The notes: generated by a model not told the origin, from the sequence alone. Shown: positions 23,900 through 38,050, counted from the first letter of the whole stretch. The stretch is DNA of 61,574 nucleotides, filler included, from Hausera hauseri (GCA_046269625.1; 12 parts of 12 records of this genome joined end to end with filler, not necessarily neighbours in it); one strand, 5' to 3'. Made by a program: numbers and translations.

Positions 23900-25339
23900 T
23901 TCAATCCTTTAGGGTTCTACTGGAGTCGAGGTATCTTTTATGCTGTCCTGGTGCGACTCGATACCGGTGATGGAGGGGTTTGATTGCTTATTATTGTACA
24001 TTCCGTTTTCGGAAGTGTGGGTGTTGGGGTAATATGTGTTTCAGTTTGGACCGGGGTTGGGTCACATGCTATGGGAGTGTCCATATTGAGTGGATCAATC
24101 TTCTCGTAGTTTTCTCGAAGCTTGTCTACTTCTCACATGCTTGGTACGTCTTAGTGGGTGGGTTCTTCCGTATCGGAATCATGATCGCCGAATGCGGGTT
24201 TTACGTTCGACAGGTGGACAATATGTTCGTCATTGTCGCGTAATATTTTGACGTTGTGATCAGTGATTTCTATGAGCTTGTAGGGGCCCTTATAGTACGG
24301 TTCAAAACAGTGTCTTTGTTGGCTTTTTGGAACCAAGCGATTTTGTCAATTTGTTAAACATGGCTGACTCGAATTGGGTACCTTGATCTGTTATAATGTT
24401 TTTGGGTACTCCGAACCGAAAAATCCACGTATTTAGTAATACAGCCACAACGCTTTGCGTTGTGATTTGGCGGATTGGAATGGCTTCGGGCCATCTTGTT
24501 TTCCGGTCGAGGATGGTTAGGATGTGCTGATATCCGTTACATTCGGGAAGTGGTCCTACTACATCCATGTGGATGGTTTCAAAACGTGAGCCAGTAGGAT
24601 AGTGTAGGACTGGGGTTTGTATGGTTTTGTTGACTTTGTACTGTTGGCAAAGTGAACATTCTTTTGTCCACCGCTTTATGTCGCTTAGTATGCGATACCA
24701 ACAAACTCTACTGCTTAATAGGCGAGCTGTGGCTTTTGATCCAGGGTGATGGATGTTGCGAATGGTGTCAGACGCCGGTTTCCGTAGGTTTGCTGCCAGA
24801 ATTGGGTGTGGACAACCATTGAGGATAATATTGTAGTGTATTCCATCCTTTTTGTCGACTGTTTTGAAGAACGTAACCTCCTCTTCATGTGGAGGGTTCA
24901 ATCGGAGAACCTCTTCCGTAAAAATTGGGTCAAAGGATATTGTCGATATCCCAGTTCTAAAAAAGAAATCAACAAATGTGTTATTTTTTCCAGTTATGTG
25001 CTCTATCTGGAATGAAAATTCTAATAGAAATAAAATGTGTCGCTCTTGACGAGGAGATGGGTTCTTCATACTCATCATGTAAGTGAGTAATTTGTGATCC
25101 GTGCGGATTGTGAATAACTTTCCTTTGAGGAAATGTCGGAAGTGTTTGACACTGAGGATTGTTACCAGTAATTCTCGGTCAAAAGTTGAATAGCGTTGCT
25201 CAGCCGAATGGAATTTGTGGGAAAATAATTCAATGGGAGCATTTTGCTATCGATTGGTTGGACAAGCATGGCGCCTGCAGCGATTGTGGATGCATCTGTT
25301 GTTAAGATAAACGGTGCATCTCGTTTAGGATAGTGTAGT
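23900..25339 (-). mobile_element. CsRn1-like Ty3/Gypsy RNase H-integrase segment (same subfamily as 44725-49290)
   Basis: TTDAS, YSTFDRE, HHPG..CSLCQ, IHMDVVGP, TDQGTQFES, GPYKLI; internal deletion near 24335; clear nucleotide similarity to 44725-46500. Confidence 0.93.
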
Positions 25340-25439
25340 NNNNNNNNNNNNNNNNNNNNNNNNNNNNNNNNNNNNNNNNNNNNTTAATTAATTAANNNNN
25401 NNNNNNNNNNNNNNNNNNNNNNNNNNNNNNNNNNNNNNN

Positions 25440-25725
25440 ACTACCAGCAAATTGTTTTCTAATCGATTCAACGACTCCCGGTGCAGCGCTTTTTATTTCT
25501 GACAAGGCGTGTTCCTCTAATGATGGTAAAATCTACTTGTTTTCATATAGTACGTCCTGCACTGTTTTTGCTGCCACGGCTCTAACACGCTTCAACACCG
25601 GAAACGCTAAACGTGCCAATGTACGCAATCATCCATAGTCTTACTGTTTACTAACGAAATATGGCAGATCACCGCCCTGCTGAGGTTTACTGTAAATGGA
25701 AACGATTTCATAACCAATTATTTTG
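25440..25725 (-). pseudogene. Polinton/adintovirus small virion protein with amphipathic helix (pVI/pX-like)
   Basis: IYSKPQQGGDLPYFVSKQ*DYG*LRTLARLAFPVLKRVRAVAAKTVQDVL resembles the QxGxG...LFR.A.P.LK pattern with protease-type cleavage sites. Confidence 0.65.
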
Positions 25726-26193
25726 GATTCGACAGAAATGAAGAGTTAGACTGGTTGTGGTGGAAATTGTTATAATGGAAATTGTACACATTTATTACGA
25801 ATGAACGAGACGTGGGGGTAATTTGTATCATTCTGATGAGACAATACTTACAAAGTAAGTATCCCTTATTTACAATGAAATATCTCGTTTACATTTATTA
25901 CGAATGACTTCAATAACGGGACGAAACAGTGTCATGACCTTCAATGTTGTGAATGTAATTTTAACTAGTATGTATCATTGTGATTAGACAATATGTATAA
26001 TTGTGATGAGGCAACACTCACAAAGTAAATGTCTATTGTTTACAATGAAAACAAACCTGCATGAACAAATTTGATATAGAGATGCAATTTCATTTCACGT
26101 TTGTCTTTAAACAGTGTCTTTGGAAAACAATTCAGCAGGTGACAGTCTCTCAAAAAGCCACGGTACAGCGAATATTCGCTCAGAAATTTCCGA

Positions 26194-26565
26194 TTGTATA
26201 ATGGATACAACTTACATTATCTACGCAACGCTATTCAATTGCCATTGACGCAAACGGTCAAAATCAAAGCGGTGAAATATGGTCTATTGGTGAAAAAGAT
26301 CAGCGATGATGATTTGGATACAATGGACGACACAATTAGAAAAGTTGACAGTGATTTGGCGTTGAGTAACGATATCCGAGATACATCGTCGATTTTTCTT
26401 AAAGGAAATATGGCGAAAATTGTCAGTTCACATATGGAAGAAGCAGCAGCAGTTTTGCCACCGGAAGGAGCTAAAGGCTACTTGACACTGAAGTTGAAAG
26501 GATACAAGGAAAGGAGCGGCGTCAATTCCCCATTATGGAAAATGGGGAAGTTTACTATGATTTAA
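26194..26565 (+). CDS. Polinton accessory ORF convergent with PolB (possible ssDNA-binding protein)
   Basis: Open 123-aa frame followed by AATAAA at about 26605; function is a guess from the beta-rich C-terminus (YLTLKLKGY..SPLWK). Confidence 0.45.
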   Translation: MYNGYNLHYLRNAIQLPLTQTVKIKAVKYGLLVKKISDDDLDTMDDTIRKVDSDLALSNDIRDTSSIFLKGNMAKIVSSHMEEAAAVLPPEGAKGYLTLKLKGYKERSGVNSPLWKMGKFTMI

Positions 26566-26852
26566 CTGACTTAGTGTTTTTGTGATTTTAGTTTTTCTTT
26601 GATCAATAAATAAATGTATTCGTGTTACATATTTTGTTTTCTCGGGCAAGGTTATTGTTTTACTTTTACTTCTATCTTAATAATAATAGGTTAAGTAACC
26701 GAAAACAAAACACAAGACACTGAACAAAATACGTTATTGAAATATAAAAAACAATATACATCGGATAATTGTCAATGATTGTCACAGTAACTGAACTGAT
26801 TTGTCTGAACCGACAGAGCACCGATTGTTTGGACGTGCGTTTATTTTATCCC

Positions 26853-29800
26853 CTAATGTCCATACGCCCAACTCTTATTTCGCCCCACCCACTTTCGCTT
26901 ATTATCGTTACATGACAAAGCGACTTTCGCACTATTTATTGTGTACAGCTGGTGTTCAGTTGATCAGATGATCGTTTGAGACAACAGCCACTGATTGTCC
27001 TCCTTGCGCTGCTGCTGCTGCTTCATATATACGGCGATAATTACCGTGACCGATTGCCGTCTGTGTTAGCTGGACTCATTTTGCACGCATTTTCGGTCCA
27101 CAGCTCGTCAGAAGACTATAGCACTTTGGGCGTAGCAATATCCATTCCCGATACCGGACACGACCTTCACTTTCATCCTTGAAGCAGTCTATTTTATTTG
27201 TGATCTCGCTGCTGTACAAGGGATGATCCGGTGTATAGTTGGACGTGTCCAGTAATCCATCTGACTGCAGTAGCTGTTCGTGATTGACGTTTTTCAGCCA
27301 CAGGAAAAAACTCTGTTCCCGGCAATTATGTAAATATTGCAGCCGTCAAACATTTGCCGGTAACGTACCAATTCGCGTTACTTCAGCTCATACATCGGCA
27401 ACTTGCTTAGGTCCAATACCACTTGTCCGATGTAACTTGGCCGGTCTAGAACGACTTCTCTGTTTAACAGCACCGCAACCAATCTATCGGCAATGTGCAT
27501 TGACCGCCGAAATTGTGCCTTGCAGGTATACGTAACCAGACGCTTTTCCTAATTATATAGGTGTACATTGAGCCGCTTTTTCGGATTCTTCACTGTTTTT
27601 CCGTACAGGGAATTGTTTTTCAGCTTGTAGTAGTCCTTTTCAAACTTTTTACAAGCTTCGGCTCGTTTCTCCGAATTTCCATCTATGTACGCCTTGAATA
27701 TGGGAGCCTCAGCAAATAGAATTGTAAGATGCATCTGTGTGACGCGAACTGTAGCAGACGCAAATGGACCACGTAATTCAGCTTCGGTTCATGCGTCATG
27801 AGCAGTTGATTCACTTTTGAACCTGGCGGACATTGGTTAAATGGTGCGACCGGTAAATCGTTTAAAACCATGCAGCTCATCTGGCATCACGAGATCGACT
27901 TCCATCAGGTATCCGACTGATTCTGCCGTGTCTGCTCGTAGGTTGACCATTATGTTGTCCAAATCTTGTATGTAGACTACACATTCAAATGAACCGTACG
28001 GCAAGGGTTGCGAAAGCGCCCAGCCGTACAGGTTATTAATATCAATATACAGCAGTGATGTGGTAACGGCAGCATTGACCTGATGCTTGTTGACAAATGT
28101 CATGCCACCGTGAATACCAACATAAAACAGCCGGTACATTTCCGGATCTTGCAGCAGCTCAATGTTTCGATCCAGTGACATTAGAGCTGACGCCCAACTC
28201 ATTCCCGGTATGGAATAAAAGTTGAGTGGCGCCAACCTATCTTCTGCCAGCGCTTTGGTACGAAATGCTTTGCACACGTCGGCTAATAAGTACACGTTCA
28301 GTTTGAGATACTGGATCATGTAATCCAACATGTTTCTACAGCCCAGTTCTGTCCAAGATTCTTGTGCTCTCCGATATTCATCTTCTGTGATACCTGTCCA
28401 TCGTGGCGGTAATTCCTCTGCTGTCCGGAGTCGATCATATGGTGTTGCAAAGTCATATAGAAATATGCCTTTGCTGCGTGCAATATGTGTAGGAAACTGC
28501 GTCAGTGCTATCGGCACATCTGGCAAGGCATTTACCAGCTTTGTTAATGATTCATAGAGAAATTGTAATGAATGAAGGAAGCGTACCTGGTATCGGTTTA
28601 CTCGTGCCGACAGCGATATATATTTCTCCATTGTCATTGGGATTATGGACAGTTCTCAGTGCGGAAAGGCGTTAATGGCCCATTTGAGAATATGGTTACA
28701 GTCATACCCTTGGAAATTATGAAAGCTCATCGGCAGGAATGGTCGCACTCGCCTTGCTAAATTGCATGAATTGCATGCTGCTTCCAAGTATCGACCGGTG
28801 AAATGGTCGTGATCCGGTACGAGCCGTTTCTGTGCATAAAACGGTATTATTTTGTGCTACAGATAGCATTCATCGGTGACAGCGAAAAGCAACGGTTGAT
28901 ATTCGTCTTCCTAAATGAATCGTTTATTGCAAATGTTGTGATACCACGGCGCGATTTCCGTTTCCACTATGGTTTGCAACTGCTGCAGGAAATTACGTAC
29001 ACAGATCCAACCATGGAAAACGTAATACTGCGGTTGTTCTGCGGCTTTTATCGGTACTAGCAACATAACGACGGCAATTGGAACGTGATTTGATCGCGTA
29101 CATTGAGCCATGGTAGAATTGCTTCAATATCGGCATACACCACATATGCAGGACTGTCCGTTTTAGACCAATCACTGAATCTGAGCGTCCCTTTGACGGG
29201 CATGACGTACATTGTTGTCCCTGATGCGTTTTGTCTGTATAGTGTGACACGTTTCTCATACGTTGTTTCTGATCTGAATCCATGCAGACATGCAGAACAC
29301 CATTTGCATCGTATTCGCTTTTTGATGAACTGGTCATACTCCATGTTCAACAGTCTATCCAGATTTGTCACTGCCACGTAATGAAATTATTCGGCCTGCT
29401 CTAACAACAATATATTTACCGAGCGTCCATTTGGGTTCCGACTGCGACAAATTATGTCCACATGGGGGTTCTTATAAATTTCTTTGTCTTCCGGTATTTC
29501 AACTATTGTGTTGTACCGGAAAACGTTGATTGACAGCGTCGGATTACGCCGTTCAAAAGCCGGAATGGTTTTGAGTTTTATCGGCATCCAGCATTCATCA
29601 AATTGCATTTCGGAAAATTACTGCCGATACTGATTTGGACGATTTGCATGATATTCGTTCACTTCGCTCTACTTCAATACAGCCAGAATACTGTACAAAA
29701 AACAGTATTCGTCACCAGTATTTTGTACATTCACTACCGCAAGAGACTGCTTTTGAGATGCAGGTGTCGATGTGAATGACCGTCCAGACAAATATACCAC

Positions 29801-30184
29801 GTCACTCGACTTTTTAATGATAAAGTCGAGTGTGACAATTCGTATAATTTGCCATCCACTACCCTTTTCGGTATAGTTGGCGATTTTCTCATCCAACTTT
29901 TCGCCTACATCGGCATTAAGATCTTCGGAATACGGTACGGCTCGATATGACAGATACCATTGTTTCCTGTGACCTTCAGAGTTTTCAAATTTTGCAAATG
30001 CATAATATTGCACTTTGCAGTTGTTGGGTTTGAATTTCGCCACGTATAATTTCAAACGGCAACGTACACGGGACGGAACATGCCTCAGCTGTAGTGTTGT
30101 TATCCCCGACATGTTTACTTTCATGCCCACATACGATTTGTTTAGATCGTACTTGACAGTAATGGAAGATTCCTTCTGTTGCAT
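26853..30184 (-). pseudogene. Protein-primed family B DNA polymerase (Polinton type), frameshifted
   Basis: GSGW, VVNVQN..CFLYSIL, IPAFERRN..SINVF, YADIEAIL, endonuclease VII-like DHDHFTG..ACNSCN, FHNF.GYD, EKYIS, KGIF.YD, YLLADV, GGMTFV, YIDINNLYGWALSQPLP, KLKNNSLYGKT, DTSNY, DNKR...AYGH*. YxDTDS not intact. Confidence 0.93.
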
Positions 30185-31086
30185 CTGCTCCTGCTGCTTC
30201 TGCTGCTGTTCGGTACTGTTTCAGATTAAGTCGTTAAGACTTTTTGAGGTCTGACGTTTCCTGCTTGTTGAGGGGATACTGGTTTTTCTTCTCGTCATCA
30301 CTATTTCCTTTTTGTACCCCTGAAACTGGTTCAAGTGGTCCTTGTGCTGGTTATAAAATTGGTCATAGTTCGTTCCGTCAACTATAGAACAACCGAGACA
30401 AACGTAGGTCCGTTTACCGTGCACCGTTATGGCGCCATAGTACTGCACCATTACACTATGGCAACAATTAAGATCATGCACTCAACTACTACAGTATCGC
30501 GGGTATATGGGATAATGCACAATCATCATCTCTGCAGGCGTAAACGGGTCGCGATGATGCTTGTGCATCGCATAAATGTCAGGTTATGGACAAGGGGCCG
30601 AAATACTACCGCACATTGGGCATAAATATGAGTTCGTTAGAACGGTGTAATATTTAGCCATCTGCTGATGGCACTGCTCATACTCCGCATGTATGCGCGA
30701 GACGCAATACATGGGATAACTGGTACACTTCAGAATGGGAAACAAAATAAAATAAATGTTTTCTATTAAGTTATAAATACTATAAATTGAAATATGACAA
30801 CTTATTTGTCGGTCTTGAGAAAAAAAGAAGTCTCCTTAATCCCTTATAAACAACTATTCTAATCGCTACAACAACAACAACAACAACTAAAAATCACATG
30901 GAACAGTACATTGAAAGCGAGATTAAGAAATTGACCAATGACATTTTGACTGGACATGTGTTTGATGTTCAGTTTTTGTGTGAGCTNNNNNNNNNNNNNN
31001 NNNNNNNNNNNNNNNNNNNNNNNNNNNNNNTTAATTAATTAANNNNNNNNNNNNNNNNNNNNNNNNNNNNNNNNNNNNNNNNNNNN

Positions 31087-34000
31087 AGGGTGAACAGAGC
31101 GTGAAATAAATGAGCATTGAGCAAATCGGGAGTTAGACAGATACTTTGTCCCAGCGATCCATTGGCGTGGAAGTACTCGCCTAATACACACTATATAACG
31201 GGCCACGGATGGAGGAGGTCCATTTGAGTTTAAGTGGAGTCACAAACGGGTAGTAGTTACCTAGGGAACTAATTGGTAAGTTCCGCCACTAGATAGAGTG
31301 CTTTCCCTTGGATGGTGACTGAAGGATATCTACCACAAAGTCTCAAATTAATGGTGCCATAGTAGTTGGTACCGCAGGGTGTGGCCAAAGGCATTAATGT
31401 TTATAAATGGGCCGCTCTAGTTTAGACCTGTACCAAGCCCGTAAGATTCGCTCATACACATCAGTTCACACCACCCTGTGTTGAGATTACTGAAGAAACT
31501 AGAGGAAACGGTAACTAAAGTAACCAGTTGTATATAAGGAGAGGTTATTGAATTTTAAGTTGATCAAATTTTAAGAAGAGTTTGACGAATTGCAGAAAGA
31601 ATTCTCCCTAAGTATTGAAGTATGATATGAAATTTCGAAGACGCCTGATATACGTGTTGAAAAACGAAGGGCATATGTAATGATATTAATGAGACTAATT
31701 TTTGAGAAGATTGTAGTCACATAATAGAAAAGTAAATCCCCATATAACAAGTGGTAGTTGTAAAATAAATTTAGACGAGTACAATAGCATAGTATAACAA
31801 AATAAACAGAGAACAATGGCAACCTCAACTCCAGACGAAGAAAAATTATTTTGGTACCTCAGGGACAGATAGATCGGATGACAGAAGAGTATAATAATAT
31901 GAAGATAGCCTATGAAGAAATGAAAGCTATGGTCGAAAGTTTACAAATGGCAAGTGTAAATCCGGGAAGAGAGAGCAAAATAAAACAGAGTATAAGAAAG
32001 GGAGATATCATCAGAAAAGCGTTGGATAAGATAGAAACTATGGTTACCAAAGCAGACCTAAATAGGTCGAACATTTCTTCAACCTTTTAACGGGAAAGAC
32101 CCAAAAATATTCAAATTGTGGATAAGGCAAATAGGAAAATTCTCTTTTTTTCGAAATCGACCACACAAGAAAAGAAAGAAATAACTTATTTGACGTCCGA
32201 AGCGTTAGTCAACGATTTTATTCGACGGAGATTTCAATCACATCAGGACGAATCTTGGGAAGATTTCAGAAAGATATTAGCCAGTCAGTATGCCAAAGTG
32301 ATATACAATGTGCTATCGCAGCCCATAGGATTATTAGGCAAGAGAAAGAGGAATCAATTCAACTGTACAGTGATAGACTTCTCAATATGGCGGAAGCAGC
32401 TTATGAAACTCCTGACGTCACCTCGGCAGATATAGGCAGGTCGCTTATTCCGATATTTGCGGACGGATTACGCAGCACTAGAATTAGCATTAAGTTAATG
32501 AAAGAAGAACCACCCTCCATACAGGCGGTAATTCAAATTGCAGTAGTAGAAGAAAATTTCACGAAGAGAATAAATATGAGGTTAGGCAGAGATAGAGGAG
32601 AAAGTGCACTAGAAGAACATATGGAAGTGGACCATTACAGACATAAATGGAAAAATAGAGTGTCAGACCACGGAAATCGAAATGATTCTAGAACGATAAT
32701 CCCAAGAGTGGCACATGAGATTCAACACATTAGACAATGTTATAAATGTGGGAAGTTTGGACACATCGCCATAGAGTGTACAAGTGATCAAACACAAATG
32801 AACCAAGGGCAGCGAAATTTAGGTGAAAGCAGAAATGTTTTCGATGCGGAAAAGTTGGACATTTCGCAAAATTCTGTCTGACAAGTAGTCAGATAGCAAG
32901 TCCTGGAAGTGCATCACAAGCAAATCAGGAAAACGAAAAACAGCAGTTCATTGGGAGTAAGAGACAAAACGAGAAGGAAGTAGAGTGCAAATGGTAGAAC
33001 GAATCTGTATGACACATCTGAATCTATGGAAATAGGAGAAGCCAATGCAAATAAGACAGGTGAACTTAGCAACAGTCGAGTCAACCGTCAGACCGAGTCA
33101 ACTAGAAATATCCCTCCCATGACCCACACAGTCACTTATGCCCCGTTAACAACGAAAGAATCAAGGTAACCCCTCCCACAGAGATAAATGGTCCAAGAGC
33201 TTCGTCGTTCAGAAATATGCAAAATGGAAGTTATTCCATATCACCAACAACCAGGTACTAACTCACAGCGAAGTCCAGATCAGCATAAAGAAATGCATAG
33301 AAACATGAAAGAAGAAATCCCGGCAAGCCAAAAGAGTAATGAAGAATCCCAGAACAGAAGCTATGAGATTAATTATATTCCAGATCCGAGTTCCTGTATA
33401 CTATATTATGGGAAAGTACGAGTACGTTGTTTGGTTGACACAGGAGCCCAGATAAGCATCTTGGGCGAAAGAGTATTTAATATAAGACACAAAGGAAAGC
33501 TAGTCCAGCACGATATCGACCTTAGATCAGTCTCGGGCAGTGCACTAAACGTTAAAGGACAATCCACTCTTGAATTTAAGATTGAAAATACGTGTATGAA
33601 ACACAACTTCACTATAGTTTCCAACATGTCCAGACGCGCAATAATTTGACGAGACTTTCAAAACCAACATAATGCTCGGATATATTTCGATCTTCGGAAA
33701 ATTAGAATTAATAATTGAGTATATCGAATTACAAGACGATATTCACATAGCTTCGATTCTGAGAGTCAAAAAAGGCGGTCCTCAAACCATACTCCGTTAA
33801 CCTAGTAATAGCCTTCACGAAAAATAATGAGTATTGGATGGAGAAAGACAAAATAACTGAAGAACCCCTGACACAAGATGATAACATCAATGAGACCGGC
33901 TTACAAACCATTCATGGCATAGTACAGCTAACCAAAGAAAGAGAATTTCCTATCATGTTGATAAATCATACAGGAAAAATCATCACTCTTCATAGGGGTT

Positions 34001-35791
34001 GCATTATAGCCAAAACAGAGAGAGAGGAAGAAAGTAAGAGCCATGTAAACATGAATGGAGTTGAGTTAAATGAAGATGAAACAAGGAAACAGTATGTCCA
34101 GAGCAACAACCCGATCCAAAAATAGTAGAAAGAGATCAAAAATATATTCACCATGCCAAAGTACTACATGAAATAAAACAAGGGCTATGGAAACAGAAAA
34201 AGAAACATCGATAGCGGACTTATCAACGGAAGAAGATGGAATCACAAAACTGCTGGCAACACTAAAAGCTGATACGGAACACACACAAGTGATTGAAACG
34301 TTTGTGAGAAAACATAGTGATATATTTGCATTGTCTGACATCGAACTGGGTAGACGCAAACTGTCGAAATGAATATTGACACAGGAAATCACGCTCCAAG
34401 AAGCCTATGCCCATATCATATTCCTTTAGGAAACAGAGAGATCGTAGTAAAAGCAGTTGAGGGAATGCTTAACGCATGTATTATAGAACGAACCCACTCA
34501 GAATGGTCTTTTCCTGTAGTTATTGTCACAAAGAAAGACGGCACACACAGATTTTGTGTGGATTATCGAGCCCTCAACGTGATAACACCAAATGTTATTT
34601 TTCCCTTACCACTGACTGACGACATACTAGGCATGCTAGACGAGTCCACGTACTTTACGACACTTGACACCAGATCCGGATTTTGGAGTACACCGATGGC
34701 ACCGGAAGTAAAAATAAAGAACGCATTCTGCACCCATTCCAGAATATATGGATCGAATGTTATGCCGTTCAGCCTTAAAGGATCTCCTGCCACATATATG
34801 TCGCTCATGAACCGCGTGTTGGAAGGTTTATAGACATTCGCCCTTGCCTACATAGATGACATATTGGTTTTTACAAAAGGAAATATAGAAGGCCATTTAT
34901 ACCATACTGAACTAGTATTCGAGAGGCTACGTCATCATAAAGTACGACTTAAGCTCAGTAAATGTGAATTTCTGAAGCAGGAGACCAAATACTTAGGCTT
35001 CACTATTACGAATTAAGGCGCACCAACGACTACAAGAGAAGTTGGAGGATTTCTATGAACATATCGGTATTATCGAAGATTTATCCCAAACTTCTCAGCT
35101 AATTAGTTGCTCTTCCGAGAAAGTTCGCGAGATTTCACTGGAACGAAGCATGGCAGAAAACATTTGAGTATCTGAAGGAAAGTTTGTCAGTAGTACCTCT
35201 GCTTGAATACCCGAATCCGCACAAACCTTATGTTCTGTACACAGACGCTTCGGAGTACGCCATTGGCGCGGTTTTAGTGCAAAATGAGGAACAGGAGTTA
35301 TGTAAAAGGGAAGTTGAGTATTAAGGAAAAGCTCATATATTTTCTTTCTCACCAGTTCACGAAGTCGCAACAAAAGTTGTCAGTTACGGAAAAGGAAGCA
35401 TATGCGATTCATTTTGCCTTGCAAAAGCTTCACTTCTACTTACATAATAGTGAATTTATAGTAAGAACAGATCATATGCCACTCAAAGCCATGCTACGGT
35501 CAGAATAGAAGAATACAGCCATGGATTCTAAATCTACAAGGGTATCAGATGAAGATTGAGTATATACCCGGGCCGGAAAACATGGTAGCTGATCTGTTAT
35601 CGAGAATGCCTTACAAAGTTCACACGGATGTACACCCTGAAGATAAGGAAGGAACACTTGACATAGACGACCATAAGTTCCACATTTCAGTAATAAATTC
35701 CACTGACAGTCAGTTATACGAAACGCATAATCGAATAGATTCGGAGCAGAGTGACATAGAGTGTTTATGTATGAAAGAAGAACAAAATAAA
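31087..35791 (+). mobile_element. Degenerate Ty3/Gypsy retrotransposon (gag with two CCHC knuckles, PR, RT, RNase H)
   Basis: gag from about 31816 with EEHMEVDH, CYKCGKFGHIAIEC and CFRCGKVGHFAKFC; LVDTGAQIS; SEWSFPVVIV.KKDG..RFCVDYR; YIDD at about 34850; YTDAS, EKEAYAI, TDH, VADLLSR. Confidence 0.94.
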
Positions 35792-36709
35792 NNNNNNNNN
35801 NNNNNNNNNNNNNNNNNNNNNNNNNNNNNNNNNNNTTAATTAATTAANNNNNNNNNNNNNNNNNNNNNNNNNNNNNNNNNNNNNNNNNNNNCCGTGCACT
35901 TCAATATTTTTCTTATATAAACTATATTGCACCTGCCAAATGATATAGATTACTGGCTTCCCCTTTCTTACACGACCAGGCACCTGATGCTGACTTAGCA
36001 ACGCTGATAACCTCTCCGTTATACGACATGGCACGTGCTGATAACTAATGTCCCTAACAATACTGCCAGCTTCCCCTTCCTTATACCGTCGGGATTTTGA
36101 TGATGACTAATGTCCCTAACAACGCTGTTAACTCCCCTTCATTATTCTCGCCTAGTGTGCATTCACGTTGTAATATTCTGTGGTCATTTCCACTCGATTA
36201 GTGATTTCTTGATTAAATGCTTCCCTTTTCTCTAGTATATGTGATCCACTGACACTTATCCTTGGTCTTGGAAGCTCTTTGGATTTAAATATTATTCTCG
36301 TTGCCAGTTTAAGCTTGCAGATTATGAGAGCATGATCAGTAGTACAGTCTATACTGTGTTTAGGTGGTGTCTACGTGTAATTATAAAGTCCAGCTGGTGT
36401 CAGTATCCAGACCTTGGCTGACGCCATGATACATTGTGGCAATTCTTAACAGCAAAGAAGGTGTAGGTTATGCATAGGTGGTTATGAGTTCCAGCAATGT
36501 TTGACCGTTTTCGTCAACTTTTCCAATACCATGATGACCTCGAGTTACTGGCCAAGAATGTTAGTCAGATCCAAGTTGTGCATTCCTGTCGCCCATCAAA
36601 ACAATTCTTCCTCGTTTGGGATTTTGTTTGCAGCATGTCAGATAATACTGTGGGAAAATTTCTGCAAACAAGCTAATGAAAATATCGAAAGAAAAATCAT
36701 TCAATTATT

Positions 36710-36900
36710 CTAAAAACACATCAGCAGCTGTGATTGATATTCATGGCTGTCATAAATAGAGCAATAATATCTCTGCAGATCTCCTGGGCAAAACTCCAGT
36801 CCATGAGACATACAGTGATTAAAGGTAACACCGAGATCTCTGACTTTCGCCTGAAGGTCACTTAAGTGACCTGCAATCACAGACACACACTCGTAAAACT
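36710..36900 (-). mobile_element. Small non-LTR retrotransposon RT C-terminal fragment
   Basis: KVRDLGVTFNHCMS resembles the VRDLGV..D..LSF motif of CR1/L2-group ORF2. Confidence 0.45.
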
Positions 36901-36929
36901 TTGGAATTAGTCTTTGTTTCCTTGCCACG

Positions 36930-38050
36930 TTTCCTGCCTTTGTTTTCTTGCACTAGTCCTCGTCGAGAGTTACCAATGTCAGTAAATCCAATAAATCTTT
37001 CCGGACTTTGTTATACCCAGAGATTATTTGCTGACATCAGTAATATAGTCAAGTATAATATAAATCAGGGGACTGTTGTCGTGAAGTAAAACGTTCACGT
37101 CGACTAACAGAGCTACAGGTTCAAATTCTGGCGTTTCCCCCCCCCCTTTTTCACTTGGTAGTGTCTCCTTTGCTGACTTCAAAACTCTGTTAAAATCACT
37201 TATAAGCTTGCTGATCTTTCTATCGTTATTTTAATGCCTGTAATAAGATTGCTTGGCCTGTGTTGTAGATAGCCCCACGTTGAATTCTTGAAGTTTCTTC
37301 TTGGTTGACACGGATTTGGGGTGATCAGATTATTCATTGTGATAAAGTTGAGGCGACGATCGCTTCCGCCTAATTGCTCACCTATCTCTCTCCACTACTC
37401 CAGTCAAGTTAGGTGTACAGAATGCAAGACTAGGTGTGTAGGTGGTATGCCATCTTCTTTAATAGAAGGTAAGGTGATCCTTGGGTTTGTTTATAAGTGT
37501 CACCAAATGTTCGTCCTGCCAGCTAACTTCTCGTTTGTCAGCGTGATCATTTCCCCAGCTCTGATATTGGCTGTTAAAGTCAAGTAGTTAAAAAGTTGTC
37601 TTCTGGTATCATTATACTGGGAAGATTCCTTGTCTGGTGGTTTGAATAGTAGTAATTTAATACATCTATATTTATATGGTCTTTCTTTATTTGTAAACCT
37701 TGATACTCGTCCCCTTCCTGATGCGTCTTTAGTTCGGCAGCACTGATGTTAGTTCTCACCAAGGTTAGTATTCCTCCGTTTCTCCAGCATTTTTTGTGGG
37801 TTCTGAAACACTGATAACTCTAGTCTTGTTGTTGTTGTTGTTGGATCTCAGCATCGTCAAGCGTCAGCTCTTGTGGATGAGCCGTGAGAAGGGCTGTAGT
37901 CCTAAGAAGGACTCAGGTGAGGTTGCGTTGAGCATTCTTGCTGTCCCCGTGGAGCCTAGTCCTACAGGCTGTACCGCAATTCTTGGGCTCCTAGTGATGC
38001 ACCTCTCAACTGGGGACCCTGACGATCCTTCCAACGTTGGCCAGAATGGC
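36930..38050 (-). mobile_element. Degenerate LINE 5' portion with APE endonuclease
   Basis: Minus-strand frames give IDVLNYY, DFNSQ..WG, LINKPKDHLTFY*RRWHTTYTPSLAF, LGGSDR, the pattern of LINE AP-endonucleases. Confidence 0.65.

Larger units (their letters stand above)
25440..30986. mobile_element. Internal fragment of a Polinton/Maverick (adintovirus-like) element
   Basis: Intronless protein-primed PolB, an amphipathic protein with QQGG/QxGxG-type motifs, and small ORFs with AATAAA directly after the stops. Confidence 0.85.
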
